Of a DNA stretch of 64,000 nucleotides, positions 10,107 to 18,755 are shown one piece after another. Below the pieces are notes generated by a model. That model was given only the letters and a program-made list of their open reading frames with translations, was not told the origin of the DNA and ran no database searches. Source of the DNA: an uncultured archaeon (GTDB lineage: Archaea; Aenigmatarchaeota; Aenigmatarchaeia; QMZP01; JACQNV01); NCBI GenBank assembly GCA_964410585.1, contig CAYPFW010000002.1, positions 160,001 to 224,000 of the forward strand, given 5' to 3'. The number at the start of each line of letters is the position of its first letter. Position 1 is the first letter of the stretch. A program made the translations under genes and the position numbers.

Positions 10107-10380
10107 AAATATAGAACTAGTCTGTTTCTTTAGTTTTATTTCCAAATATAAGTCTAACCACTAATTCTTTTCATGATTTTGCAAAGAGCTTTTAGGGTTC
10201 CAGTAGAGGAAAGACCCTATGAAGCCTGCTCTTGATAGAATATATTCTGAGGCACAAAATCCTGTAGAAATAGATCACATGTATAACGAAATCACTATAA
10301 ATGATCTCGAGAAATCCTTAGCTGAGTTTGGTCAAGTTTTACAACCCTAGAATTTAATAGCTCTTTGAAAAAAACTAATA

Positions 10381-10401
10381 GAGGCTGGTTTCCCAGCTCT
10401 C
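10381..10401 (-). terminator. Hairpin just downstream of radA
   Basis: GAG-GCTGG-TTTC-CCAGC-T-CTC a few nt from the stop codon. Confidence 0.4.
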
Positions 10402-10404
10402 AAT

Positions 10405-11355
10405 CTATTTCGATTCCTTATCGTCTCTTATTCCTTCAGCAACGACTTTGAAAATAGCTTCGCCTTCTGGAAGAGATGGAGAATCAATTAACCTTGCAAT
10501 TCTTTTCTCACCTTTGCTTTTTCTCATGTACAATCTATATGTAGCTTGGTGGCCAACAATATGCCCTCCAATTGCAACAGTTGGGTCGCCGAAAAGCACG
10601 TCTGGCCTTGACATAACCTGGTTTGTCACATAGACAGAAAGGTTGTAAACATCAGAAAGCCTTTGCAATTTGTGCATATGCCTGTTTAGTTTTTGTTGCC
10701 TGTTAGCGAGTGTACCTCTTCCTGTATAGTCTGACCTAAAATGGGAAGTAAGAGAATCAACAATTATTAATCTTATATTTTCTTTTTTGATGATGTCTTC
10801 TGCTTTTTCAGCAAGTATAACCTGATGATCAGAATTGTATGCCCTTGCAACAAAAACATTTGCCAAAGCCTCTTCTGCATTCAGTCCTGCAGCCTCTGCA
10901 ATTTGTGCAAGTCTTTCTGGTCTAAATGTTGACTCGGTATCTATGAAAATAACCTTTCCATCCAATCCTCCTTTCTCTTTTGGAAGTTGAACATTTACAG
11001 CTAGCTGGAGACCTAGCTGTGTTTTTGAGGAACCAAAAGCTCCATGTGCTTCTGTTATTGCCTGTGTTTCCACACCACCACCGAGCAAATCATCCAATGC
11101 TTTTGAGCCTGTTGTGATTTTTCCTATCTGTTCTCTTTTTTGCAAAACTTTTGTTGCAGGTTCAAAACCCATTTCTAATTTATCCCTTGCAGCAGCAATT
11201 ATTTTTGCTGCTGTTTCTTCACCTATCTCAGCTGCCCCGGCAAGTTCGCCTGCAGAAGCAGCGGCTATTGACATCAAATCAGAATAACCAGAATCCTTCA
11301 GCTTCTCAGCTGTTTTTTCCCCAACACCGGGTAAATCGACTAAATCGTTTGACAT
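10405..11355 (-). CDS. radA: DNA repair and recombination protein RadA
   Basis: N-terminal HhH (DLPGVG), [33 protein letters not shown]. Confidence 0.97.
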   Translation of the reverse strand: MSNDLVDLPGVGEKTAEKLKDSGYSDLMSIAAASAGELAGAAEIGEETAAKIIAAARDKLEMGFEPATKVLQKREQIGKITTGSKALDDLLGGGVETQAITEAHGAFGSSKTQLGLQLAVNVQLPKEKGGLDGKVIFIDTESTFRPERLAQIAEAAGLNAEEALANVFVARAYNSDHQVILAEKAEDIIKKENIRLIIVDSLTSHFRSDYTGRGTLANRQQKLNRHMHKLQRLSDVYNLSVYVTNQVMSRPDVLFGDPTVAIGGHIVGHQATYRLYMRKSKGEKRIARLIDSPSLPEGEAIFKVVAEGIRDDKESK

Positions 11356-11465
11356 AGTTATACACTCCCTTTGTTTAATGTTTATAGAAGCCGATAATTT
11401 GCCTCTTGTACACAATTAGAGCCAAGGTTTAAATACCTAACCAGAGGAGCTTTCCAATTTTCCAA

Positions 11466-11720
11466 TTATTTAAATTCCCTATAATTGTGTTTTCTTTTCA
11501 AAATAGTTAAAATCTCAATTGTTTGATCATGATTGTCAATTTTGTAAATAATTCTGAAATCGCCAATATGTATAGACCAATAAGGGTGTCCCACAAGCCT
11601 TTTTCCTAAAAGAGGCCTAAACTCAAGTTGTTGAACTTTTTTGTCTATTTGCTTTTGAGTACTTGGCTCTAGTTTTCCAAGTTCTTCCTCGTAGTCTTTA
11701 CTGAAAATAAGTTTAAACAT
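11466..11720 (-). CDS. RelE/ParE family toxin
   Basis: GDFRIIYKID..IEILTI..R pattern, 84 aa. Confidence 0.85.
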   Translation of the reverse strand: MFKLIFSKDYEEELGKLEPSTQKQIDKKVQQLEFRPLLGKRLVGHPYWSIHIGDFRIIYKIDNHDQTIEILTILKRKHNYREFK

Positions 11721-11909
11721 TTAGTTCCTTAGCTCTGGATGCCTAGAATAAAAATCTTCTTTTGACATTTTTACTGATTTTTCTGCGCGTTTTATTTTGT
11801 CAAGGTCCTGTTCTGTTAACTGTTCTTCCTCTACAATATCCTCTAGTATTTCAGCTGTGTGTTTTAGTTTTTTGTACTCTTTCAATGGTATTGTTACTGT
11901 TTTTTGCAT
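11721..11909 (-). CDS. Putative antitoxin
   Basis: Small ORF with an acidic middle stretch abutting the toxin; TVTIPLKEYKKL. Confidence 0.65.
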   Translation of the reverse strand: MQKTVTIPLKEYKKLKHTAEILEDIVEEEQLTEQDLDKIKRAEKSVKMSKEDFYSRHPELRN

Positions 11910-11969
11910 ATAATATTATTTTGTTCTACTGCTTAAATATGTGATCAGAGGAGCTTTCCAATTTTCCAA

Positions 11970-12917
11970 TTAATTTCTATGACGGCGATTTCTATGTATC
12001 TTAGCAGCTCTCCAATTTCCCATCACTCTTGGTTTTAGAGGGTCTTCCCTTGTTTGAGAAGTATCAAGACTCACCATCATATCTCCCATATATCCCATCC
12101 AGTGAACAGAAACTGCAGATTGCGGGTTTGTTAAAGCTGCCTGTATATCCCTGGCATGAAGACCATTTAATTTTCCTGGTTCACTCAAACAATCCCCTAA
12201 TAATCCAAATAGTTCTATTGGTATTGCCCTGTCAGCAGAATATACTCTAACACACTGTCCTCTATCGACTGATTCCAAAATAGCATGAGCAACAAGCATT
12301 TCGTCGACTCCTTTTGTTGTGCCTTCTAATCCATATCTTTTTCTATTATCTAACAAATATCTCTGCAAGGCTCTGTGTTTATCTGTTGGTTTTCTGACTC
12401 CCCTAGATTCAAATGTAGTTAAAATAGAATTCACGCCTTCAACAAGACCCCTAACATACTCTGTTTGATATTCTAAAAGACTTTTTATTCTTCTCCATAG
12501 TCTCATATCCATTTGTGCAGGTTTTGTTTCATCTAAAAATTCAGAGAGTTTAAGTTCAGCATATGCAATTGATCTCCGCATTTCCTCTCTTACTTCTTCT
12601 GTTATAACAGCTTTTCCATAGTTCCTACAAAATCTAGAAAAGTCTTGCCTGTATACTCTAGCCATCTCTTCAACACCATCTATAATACTAATGCGTGTAT
12701 CTGTATCTGTTGGTTCAATATCATGGAAATCTACAGTTGACTCAAATGCACTAAAAAGCGATCCTCTTCTCTGAGATTCGTAAATCTTGCTTCCTGTTGG
12801 TGGGTATAGAGAATTTGTATCCACAAAAACACTTGCTATATTTCTTGTATCTCCATTTCCTCTGAGCCTTCCAAACGCATATCTAATGCTATCTGAGCAT
12901 GGAAAATTGATCATCAC
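11970..12917 (-). CDS. Putative PIN-domain nuclease-like orphan
   Basis: VFVDTN...ITEEVREE...DEMLVAHA...YSAD matches the PIN acidic residue pattern, with insertions. Confidence 0.5.
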   Translation of the reverse strand: MMINFPCSDSIRYAFGRLRGNGDTRNIASVFVDTNSLYPPTGSKIYESQRRGSLFSAFESTVDFHDIEPTDTDTRISIIDGVEEMARVYRQDFSRFCRNYGKAVITEEVREEMRRSIAYAELKLSEFLDETKPAQMDMRLWRRIKSLLEYQTEYVRGLVEGVNSILTTFESRGVRKPTDKHRALQRYLLDNRKRYGLEGTTKGVDEMLVAHAILESVDRGQCVRVYSADRAIPIELFGLLGDCLSEPGKLNGLHARDIQAALTNPQSAVSVHWMGYMGDMMVSLDTSQTREDPLKPRVMGNWRAAKIHRNRRHRN

Positions 12918-13049
12918 AATATTTATCAGAAAGTTTTAAATCTGTGAAAATTTTGACTGTTTGACAAAATAATTCTAGTTAGAATTTCCAGAAATTTATA
13001 TCCAATGGAAATTGAAGAAAGCTTAATCCGCGTGTCCGATTTTACAAAA

Positions 13050-13997
13050 TTAATTAGCTATGTTCTTTGGAGACCCTTTCAAAAAATTCTCGATATTAGA
13101 AACGAAAATTTCCTGCTTTGCTATTCTTGCCTCTTTTGTTGAATATGCAATTGGTGGATAGATTATACAGTTTTTGTGATTAGAAAGTTTTTTCAAATCC
13201 TCTTGTTTTGTCTCATCAGAATGATCTAGAATGAAGGTTATATCGTTGTTGCCAAGCCTTTTGTCTAAAGCAGAAATATCTACTAACTCCATTGGTGCAG
13301 TGTTAACAACGACTGCTCCTTTTTTGAGGTTGTGTATCCTTTTTTCGTTCAAAAAGTTTTCAGTATCTTTTGTTTGGGCAAAGTTTAAAGAAAGAAAATC
13401 AGATTTTGAAATTAATGTGTCTGCATCTTCGTATTTTATTCCTTTGGCCTCAAGTTCTTTTTTCCTGCTTTTAGACCAATACCTAACGTCTGCACCAAAA
13501 CCCAAAGCAATTTCTGCAACCCTACTTCCAATATTTCCCAATCCAAGTATTCCAAAAACCTTATTTTTAATTTCTATTGAAGAAAATCCTGATCCAGAAT
13601 AATCACCATCTGTTGCTTTTTTTCTTCCTCTTTCTAAATCCCTGATAATATCTAAAATGGCAGCAATTGTAAATTCTGAAACAGCTTCAGTACTATATCC
13701 GGGTATGTTGCAAACAACAATATTTTTCTTCTTTGCGTAATCAACATCAACCTTTCCATATGCTGTTGCCAGAACTCCGACGTATTTTAGGTGTTGTGCA
13801 GAATCAATAGTTTCTTTGTCAGCAGTTATGCCAAAACCAGTAAGTAGGCAATCTGTATCTACTAGATGTTTTTTAATTTCTGTGCTATCCTTTGGAAGAG
13901 AAACTCTTTTTTCAGCAAAGGAATCTACTTTTTTCCAAAATTCTGGATCAAGGCTAGCTTCTCCAATGCCAACTGTGAGAATTTTTTTGAATTTCAT
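13050..13997 (-). CDS. D-2-hydroxyacid dehydrogenase-like NAD(P)-binding protein
   Basis: GLGNIG Rossmann motif, VCNIPGYSTEAVSE; catalytic Arg and His not conserved. Confidence 0.8.
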   Translation of the reverse strand: MKFKKILTVGIGEASLDPEFWKKVDSFAEKRVSLPKDSTEIKKHLVDTDCLLTGFGITADKETIDSAQHLKYVGVLATAYGKVDVDYAKKKNIVVCNIPGYSTEAVSEFTIAAILDIIRDLERGRKKATDGDYSGSGFSSIEIKNKVFGILGLGNIGSRVAEIALGFGADVRYWSKSRKKELEAKGIKYEDADTLISKSDFLSLNFAQTKDTENFLNEKRIHNLKKGAVVVNTAPMELVDISALDKRLGNNDITFILDHSDETKQEDLKKLSNHKNCIIYPPIAYSTKEARIAKQEIFVSNIENFLKGSPKNIAN

Positions 13998-14079
13998 ATT
14001 TGATCAAATTGTTTTTCTTTTTTATAAAGCAAAATAGAATCCATATAAGACATTTAAGACTTGCAGCTTCTATTTCATT

Positions 14080-14457
14080 ATGGTAAATCTAGTAACAAGA
14101 GCCGAATTTGTAAGATTTTTGAGCCGAGAAGGTTTCGAATGTCCCACAGGAAAAGTCAATAGAGAATTTCGAAAAGAATATGCTCCTGGAATTGGAATTG
14201 AAGTTGGTTTGATTGATGGAGCTCCAATATACGAATTGGCAGCGTACATAGATTGCAACCAACTTTTCCGAAGCCTAAGGTTTCCAAGCATACTCTACGT
14301 TGGAGAAGTATACAAAGCAGTAAATGCTGTTGTTAGTTCTGATGGTCAGAATTATGATTTGGATGGGTTTAAAGAATTGTGTGTAGAAAAGCAAAAAGAT
14401 TTGAGCGAGGAACTAAAAATTATAAGGGCGCTTAATCCACATTTTGATGATTTGTGA
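14080..14457 (+). CDS. Hypothetical protein
   Basis: 125-aa ORF filling the intergenic gap. Confidence 0.55.
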   Translation: MVNLVTRAEFVRFLSREGFECPTGKVNREFRKEYAPGIGIEVGLIDGAPIYELAAYIDCNQLFRSLRFPSILYVGEVYKAVNAVVSSDGQNYDLDGFKELCVEKQKDLSEELKIIRALNPHFDDL

Positions 14458-14465
14458 ATTGTGTT

Positions 14466-15452
14466 TTAATTTTTCATTTCTTCCAAAAGTTTTTCGCACT
14501 CTCTTTTAACATCCACAGACTCAACCTCAGATGCTATAAACTCTTTCTCATTTGAATATGAATTTTTCCTGACTCTTCCTTTGACAATCAAATCTTTTCC
14601 TAGGCCTTTGAACTCTTTGTAGATGTCATCGATTCTTTTTCTCTGCAGCTCTTCTGTTTTCTTCCCGAAAACTTTTTCAGCAAGCTCCTTGAAAAACACA
14701 ATCCTGATATTTTCTGAACCGTCGTCCAAAACACCGCTTAAAATTAAATTATATTTTGGCTCAACTTCCCCATGGACAGCGCACCCAAACTTGTCATCAT
14801 TTTTTTCAACTTTCCCATTACAATCAGGACAAGTTGCATACAAAGGATCCCTGTTGAAAACACTTACAAGGCAGCCCCTTATTTCAGCAAAGCCGTTCTC
14901 TTCTAAATCTGCAATTTCCATTCTTTTGAAAGAAACAGAAGGTTTGTCAATTTTCATGTCAATGCTTTTCTCAGCTTTTGAAACAGATCCATTTTTCCCC
15001 AAGCTCAGCTCAGGCCCGTTCAAACCTTCTTTCACCCAAGCATTTATTATTTTTATTGCATCACCTTCATCTAATCCAAGTTTTTGTATGAGATCCAATT
15101 GATCGTTCCAAAATGTGAGTCTTGTTGTCCCTGTTTCATCACCAACAATCATTGTAAGAACCTGTCCTTTTTTTCCGTCTTTTTCAAATGTCCTTTTTTC
15201 AAAAATCCTCCCTATCTTCACAACAAGCTCGCTGTTTCTCATTCCCGGGACAATGTTTTTTATTTTAAGGTCTCTTTTACCTTCTTTTATCAAATCAATA
15301 CCAAGCTCTCTTCCAACAATATATGCAGCACCTTCTTTCGAAACCAAACCAGAGAGCTCATCCTGTTTTTCTTCGATTAATTTTTCTAACTCTGTTCTCT
15401 CCATTTGTTTTTCTGCAATTATTTTTTCAACAATTTCATCAAACGAAAACAT
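14466..15452 (-). CDS. rpa: Replication protein A (OB folds plus Zn finger)
   Basis: GDETG..LTFW OB fold, CPDC..CAVH Zn finger, LDDGS. Confidence 0.85.
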   Translation of the reverse strand: MFSFDEIVEKIIAEKQMERTELEKLIEEKQDELSGLVSKEGAAYIVGRELGIDLIKEGKRDLKIKNIVPGMRNSELVVKIGRIFEKRTFEKDGKKGQVLTMIVGDETGTTRLTFWNDQLDLIQKLGLDEGDAIKIINAWVKEGLNGPELSLGKNGSVSKAEKSIDMKIDKPSVSFKRMEIADLEENGFAEIRGCLVSVFNRDPLYATCPDCNGKVEKNDDKFGCAVHGEVEPKYNLILSGVLDDGSENIRIVFFKELAEKVFGKKTEELQRKRIDDIYKEFKGLGKDLIVKGRVRKNSYSNEKEFIASEVESVDVKRECEKLLEEMKN

Positions 15453-15455
15453 GCG

Positions 15456-15543
15456 CTATCCCTTTTTCTTTCAAAAAGAAAAAAGTATACCGTACCCAAA
15501 AAAGAAACGGTTTACAAATACACTCTTTCCAAAAGAAGGAATT
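15456..15543 (+). repeat. Dispersed repeat family 1 in the rpa leader
   Basis: Aligns along its length with tRNA intron 1 (28976-29054). Confidence 0.85.
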
Positions 15544-15705
15544 CACCCGCCTATTATAGTATATGTATAATAATATAGAAGAAATAAAAGCTTACCTTCC
15601 TAACAAAACCCAAAAGAATTTAATGCTTGGTTCTATTTGTATGTTGGTTTTGATGGGTTTTTTGATCATTTTTGCTAAACAACCGCTTCTCAGAACAGCC
15701 GTATA

Positions 15706-15731
15706 GGCGATAGATATTTAAACCTATCGCC
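15706..15731. promoter_or_regulatory. Inverted repeat enclosing a TATA-like box
   Basis: GGCGATAG-ATATTTAAAC-CTATCGCC upstream of the secreted-protein operon. Confidence 0.5.
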
Positions 15732-15845
15732 ATATGAGCAGAAAGCTTATAAAACTTACATATAATAAATCTATCAACCAGTTGTTACTAACAAGGAAAA
15801 ATAATATTTATGGAGAAATCCATTGGTCAAAATTTAGGAGGAAAT

Positions 15846-17198
15846 ATGAAAAGTGTGTATAGATCAGGCGAAGGAAAAGTTTACAGAGCTTTTGAGCTCA
15901 CAAAAGAAATGGGAAAAAATGCTGCTAGAGTAAGTTTAGCATTAAGTGCTGTTTATGTAGGAAATCAGGCTTTGGCACAAGAAGCTCCAGCAAGTCCTCC
16001 TGCTGCAGAAGCTCAAGGCGCTCAAGCACAACCTAGAAAACCAGTAAGACCTGGCTTCAATCCAATTCAAAGAATGAGAAAATATTCTGAACTTAGCAAA
16101 AAAGAGTTTGATCAAGAAATGGATGGAGCAGATGGTTTAGTTGCTAGAACAAGAAGCTACCAAACTGAGTTAGTAAACGCAGTTAGATACAGAGGCGAAT
16201 TAGCTACACAAGTCAGTGAAAAGAAATCTAAGGTAGCTGAAAAACTACCTGTTTTTGAGGATTTAGTAATCGATGTAGAAGAACCTCAGTCTACAGAAGA
16301 ATTAGCTGAGCAAATAAGAGCAAGATTAGATGAATTGCAAGACGAAGTAGCAGGAGAAGAACAAACTCCTTCTGATCCACAAAACGATGAACAAAGAGCA
16401 GACGGCGAAGTTGACGCACTTTATAGAGCAGCATGGAGAAGAGTAAAAGCAATGGAAAAATACATGCTTGAAGTTGTGGGCGAAATAAAGTACTTGTTAA
16501 CAGTTGATACAAAACTAACAGAAAAAATGAAACAGCTTGGATTATATACAAAGGAAGCAGAAGATAGTGGACTTGAAGACCAAGCAGCACAATTCCAACC
16601 ATGGTTTGATAGAATGGAAGCACTAGAACAGATGTTTAGCGAAGAAGGTGCAGAAGGCCAAGAAGCTGAAGCAGCTCCAGAAACACCATCACCACAGGAA
16701 TCTGAAGTTGCACCTGAAGCGCCAGCTACAGAACCTGAACAAGAAGCTCCAGTGCCAGAAGAACCAGAGGAAGAACCTGAGGTTGAAACTCCAGTTGAAC
16801 CAGCACCTGAAACTCCAAGTGAAACAAAAGTTGATACTCCACAAGAAGCTGAATCGCCATCTACTACAGAAATTGGAGGAGCAGAAGCTCAACCATCTGT
16901 TGAAGTAGTTGGTGGTCAAGAAGCAGCTCCAGTTGTTGTAGAACCAGTTGCACCAACAGTTCCAGAAACTTCAACTGAATCACAAGTTTCTGAAACATCA
17001 GCAATTGAGTCAGCTCAAGTTCCAGAAATTCCAGCTGAGCCAGTTCCACAAGTTGAAAGCTCAAGATTCAAAACAACAGTTGATGTTGGTGGCGGAATTA
17101 ATGCAAGTGGTACAGTAAATATAGAAAAGAAAGAAGAGCCAACTCACCAACCAGATCCAAGATGGAGTGAATACATCAAAAAATTGATACCTTGGTAA
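15846..17198 (+). CDS. Putative exported acidic protein (coiled coil plus Glu/Pro/Ala-rich stalk)
   Basis: GGAGG SD before ATG 15846; hydrophobic stretch then ALA-Q; EPxPE low-complexity tail. Confidence 0.7.
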   Translation: MKSVYRSGEGKVYRAFELTKEMGKNAARVSLALSAVYVGNQALAQEAPASPPAAEAQGAQAQPRKPVRPGFNPIQRMRKYSELSKKEFDQEMDGADGLVARTRSYQTELVNAVRYRGELATQVSEKKSKVAEKLPVFEDLVIDVEEPQSTEELAEQIRARLDELQDEVAGEEQTPSDPQNDEQRADGEVDALYRAAWRRVKAMEKYMLEVVGEIKYLLTVDTKLTEKMKQLGLYTKEAEDSGLEDQAAQFQPWFDRMEALEQMFSEEGAEGQEAEAAPETPSPQESEVAPEAPATEPEQEAPVPEEPEEEPEVETPVEPAPETPSETKVDTPQEAESPSTTEIGGAEAQPSVEVVGGQEAAPVVVEPVAPTVPETSTESQVSETSAIESAQVPEIPAEPVPQVESSRFKTTVDVGGGINASGTVNIEKKEEPTHQPDPRWSEYIKKLIPW

Positions 17199-17201
17199 AT
17201 T

Positions 17202-17804
17202 ATGGGAGATTGTCTACGCGGTGTCTACAAAGAGCTCGAAGCAAAATATCGAGAGCGAGCTGAAAAATTAGATAAAATTGATACAATGTTGACACGAAGA
17301 GAAAAAGAAACAAGACAACTGCGCCAACTTAGACAAGGAATAAATGATTCACAAGAAGCAAGCAACCAGAGATTGGAACAAGCTTACACAGAAGCTGTGC
17401 CAAAAGAAGTGAGAAATAAGGTGGACACTGAGTTAGAGGAAGTATACAGAGCTGCTGAACAAGCCCAATCACCTGTTAATAATATTCAACCAGTTAGAGA
17501 ACCTGTATACAACAAACCAATTGAATCGGCTGCTGTTCCAACAGACCCGATAAATCCGATTATAGTTGAAGCACCTGAAGAAATGGTTTCAGAAAACACA
17601 GTGAGTGTTGAAACACCTCACATTGTGCCGTTTACAGAAATACCAATTAGACAAGAAACACAATACATAGCAGAAGTTTCTGTTCCGCAACAAACAACAG
17701 ATCAGCAAGTTGAGGACAGAGGAATACTAGGAGTCGGAGCAGCGCTCGTTGTTGCCTTCGGTACCGTGTATGGCGTACATAGGATAGTTAAAAAATTTAG
17801 ATAG
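17202..17804 (+). CDS. Coiled-coil protein with C-terminal membrane anchor
   Basis: C-terminal TM followed by basic residues. Confidence 0.65.
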   Translation: MGDCLRGVYKELEAKYRERAEKLDKIDTMLTRREKETRQLRQLRQGINDSQEASNQRLEQAYTEAVPKEVRNKVDTELEEVYRAAEQAQSPVNNIQPVREPVYNKPIESAAVPTDPINPIIVEAPEEMVSENTVSVETPHIVPFTEIPIRQETQYIAEVSVPQQTTDQQVEDRGILGVGAALVVAFGTVYGVHRIVKKFR

Positions 17805-17813
17805 GAGTGAAAT

Positions 17814-18704
17814 ATGAAAAGATATCAAATTGGCGGAGAAATAGTTTTAGGAATTGCGTTAGCAGCTGCATCTCAAGGATGCGCAAGTGTGCAATCGCCT
17901 ACTGATCAAAGCAGATATGAAACAGGATCACCTCAAGCTCCTTCTCCAACAGAAAGAACACCTGTGAGTCCAGAAAGAATGAGAGAATATAATGATAAAT
18001 TGACACAGCTTTTAGATACTCATGTTGTAGGATCAGGTGGTTATAGGTCAGCTTTGTCTGCTTTGAGAACAGAATATGCAGATGTTGCTGCAGAATATGA
18101 TGCTAGAAGAAATAAACCACGTGAGCAAAGATCTACTCCTCAATCTTCAACAAGAATTAGAGATCCAATTTTAGATGCAGTTGTTCCAACTAGAGCAGTT
18201 GAACCACCATTACCAAGACCAACAGTTCCAGAAAAATCAGAAGCAGTAGGCTTATTTAGACACTACGGTGGAGAGCTAAGACATTTCCTTGTTGAGCCAC
18301 CTAAATCAGATCAATATGGTTGGGCTAAAAGGTATGTTTTAAACCTACCAAATGGTGCACTTTGGTTAATTGATCATACAGTTGGTCAGCTAGATAGACT
18401 AAGAGATGGAACACCGTCTGGATTATCAGGAGCTTATGAAAAACATGTCCCGACAAGCGTACAAACAGCTTTAGGAGCTGAAGCTTGGAGAGAAGCATTC
18501 AGAGTTGCAGTAGACAAAAATTGGATCAGTGAGGGCGATGCAATTCCGCAATTTTTCAATTTAAGTGATCACGAACCTGGTACAAGACCAGTTCCACCAA
18601 GCCCAACATCAAGTCCGCCTTCAGGTTTGGAAAACCCAACAAATACAGGTAGTGGAAATGCTGGATCAGATGGACTTGGATTAGGTGGCGGTGAAATAAA
18701 ATAA
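17814..18704 (+). CDS. Putative lipoprotein, Pro/Ser-rich
   Basis: Signal ending SQGC; GGAGTG SD. Confidence 0.65.
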   Translation: MKRYQIGGEIVLGIALAAASQGCASVQSPTDQSRYETGSPQAPSPTERTPVSPERMREYNDKLTQLLDTHVVGSGGYRSALSALRTEYADVAAEYDARRNKPREQRSTPQSSTRIRDPILDAVVPTRAVEPPLPRPTVPEKSEAVGLFRHYGGELRHFLVEPPKSDQYGWAKRYVLNLPNGALWLIDHTVGQLDRLRDGTPSGLSGAYEKHVPTSVQTALGAEAWREAFRVAVDKNWISEGDAIPQFFNLSDHEPGTRPVPPSPTSSPPSGLENPTNTGSGNAGSDGLGLGGGEIK

Positions 18705-18755
18705 TATTTAGAGATATTTTGTAACCGTTTTCTTTTTGGTTGCAATATTTAAAAT

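Larger units (their letters stand above)
11442..11972. repeat. 27-bp perfect direct repeats (11442-11468, 11946-11972) bracketing a TA module
   Basis: CAGAGGAGCTTTCCAATTTTCCAATTA present twice. Confidence 0.9.

Noticed and set aside
10219-10350. 43-codon ORF (MKPALDRIY..) after the repeat
   Set aside because: No motif; possibly a gene remnant but unsupported
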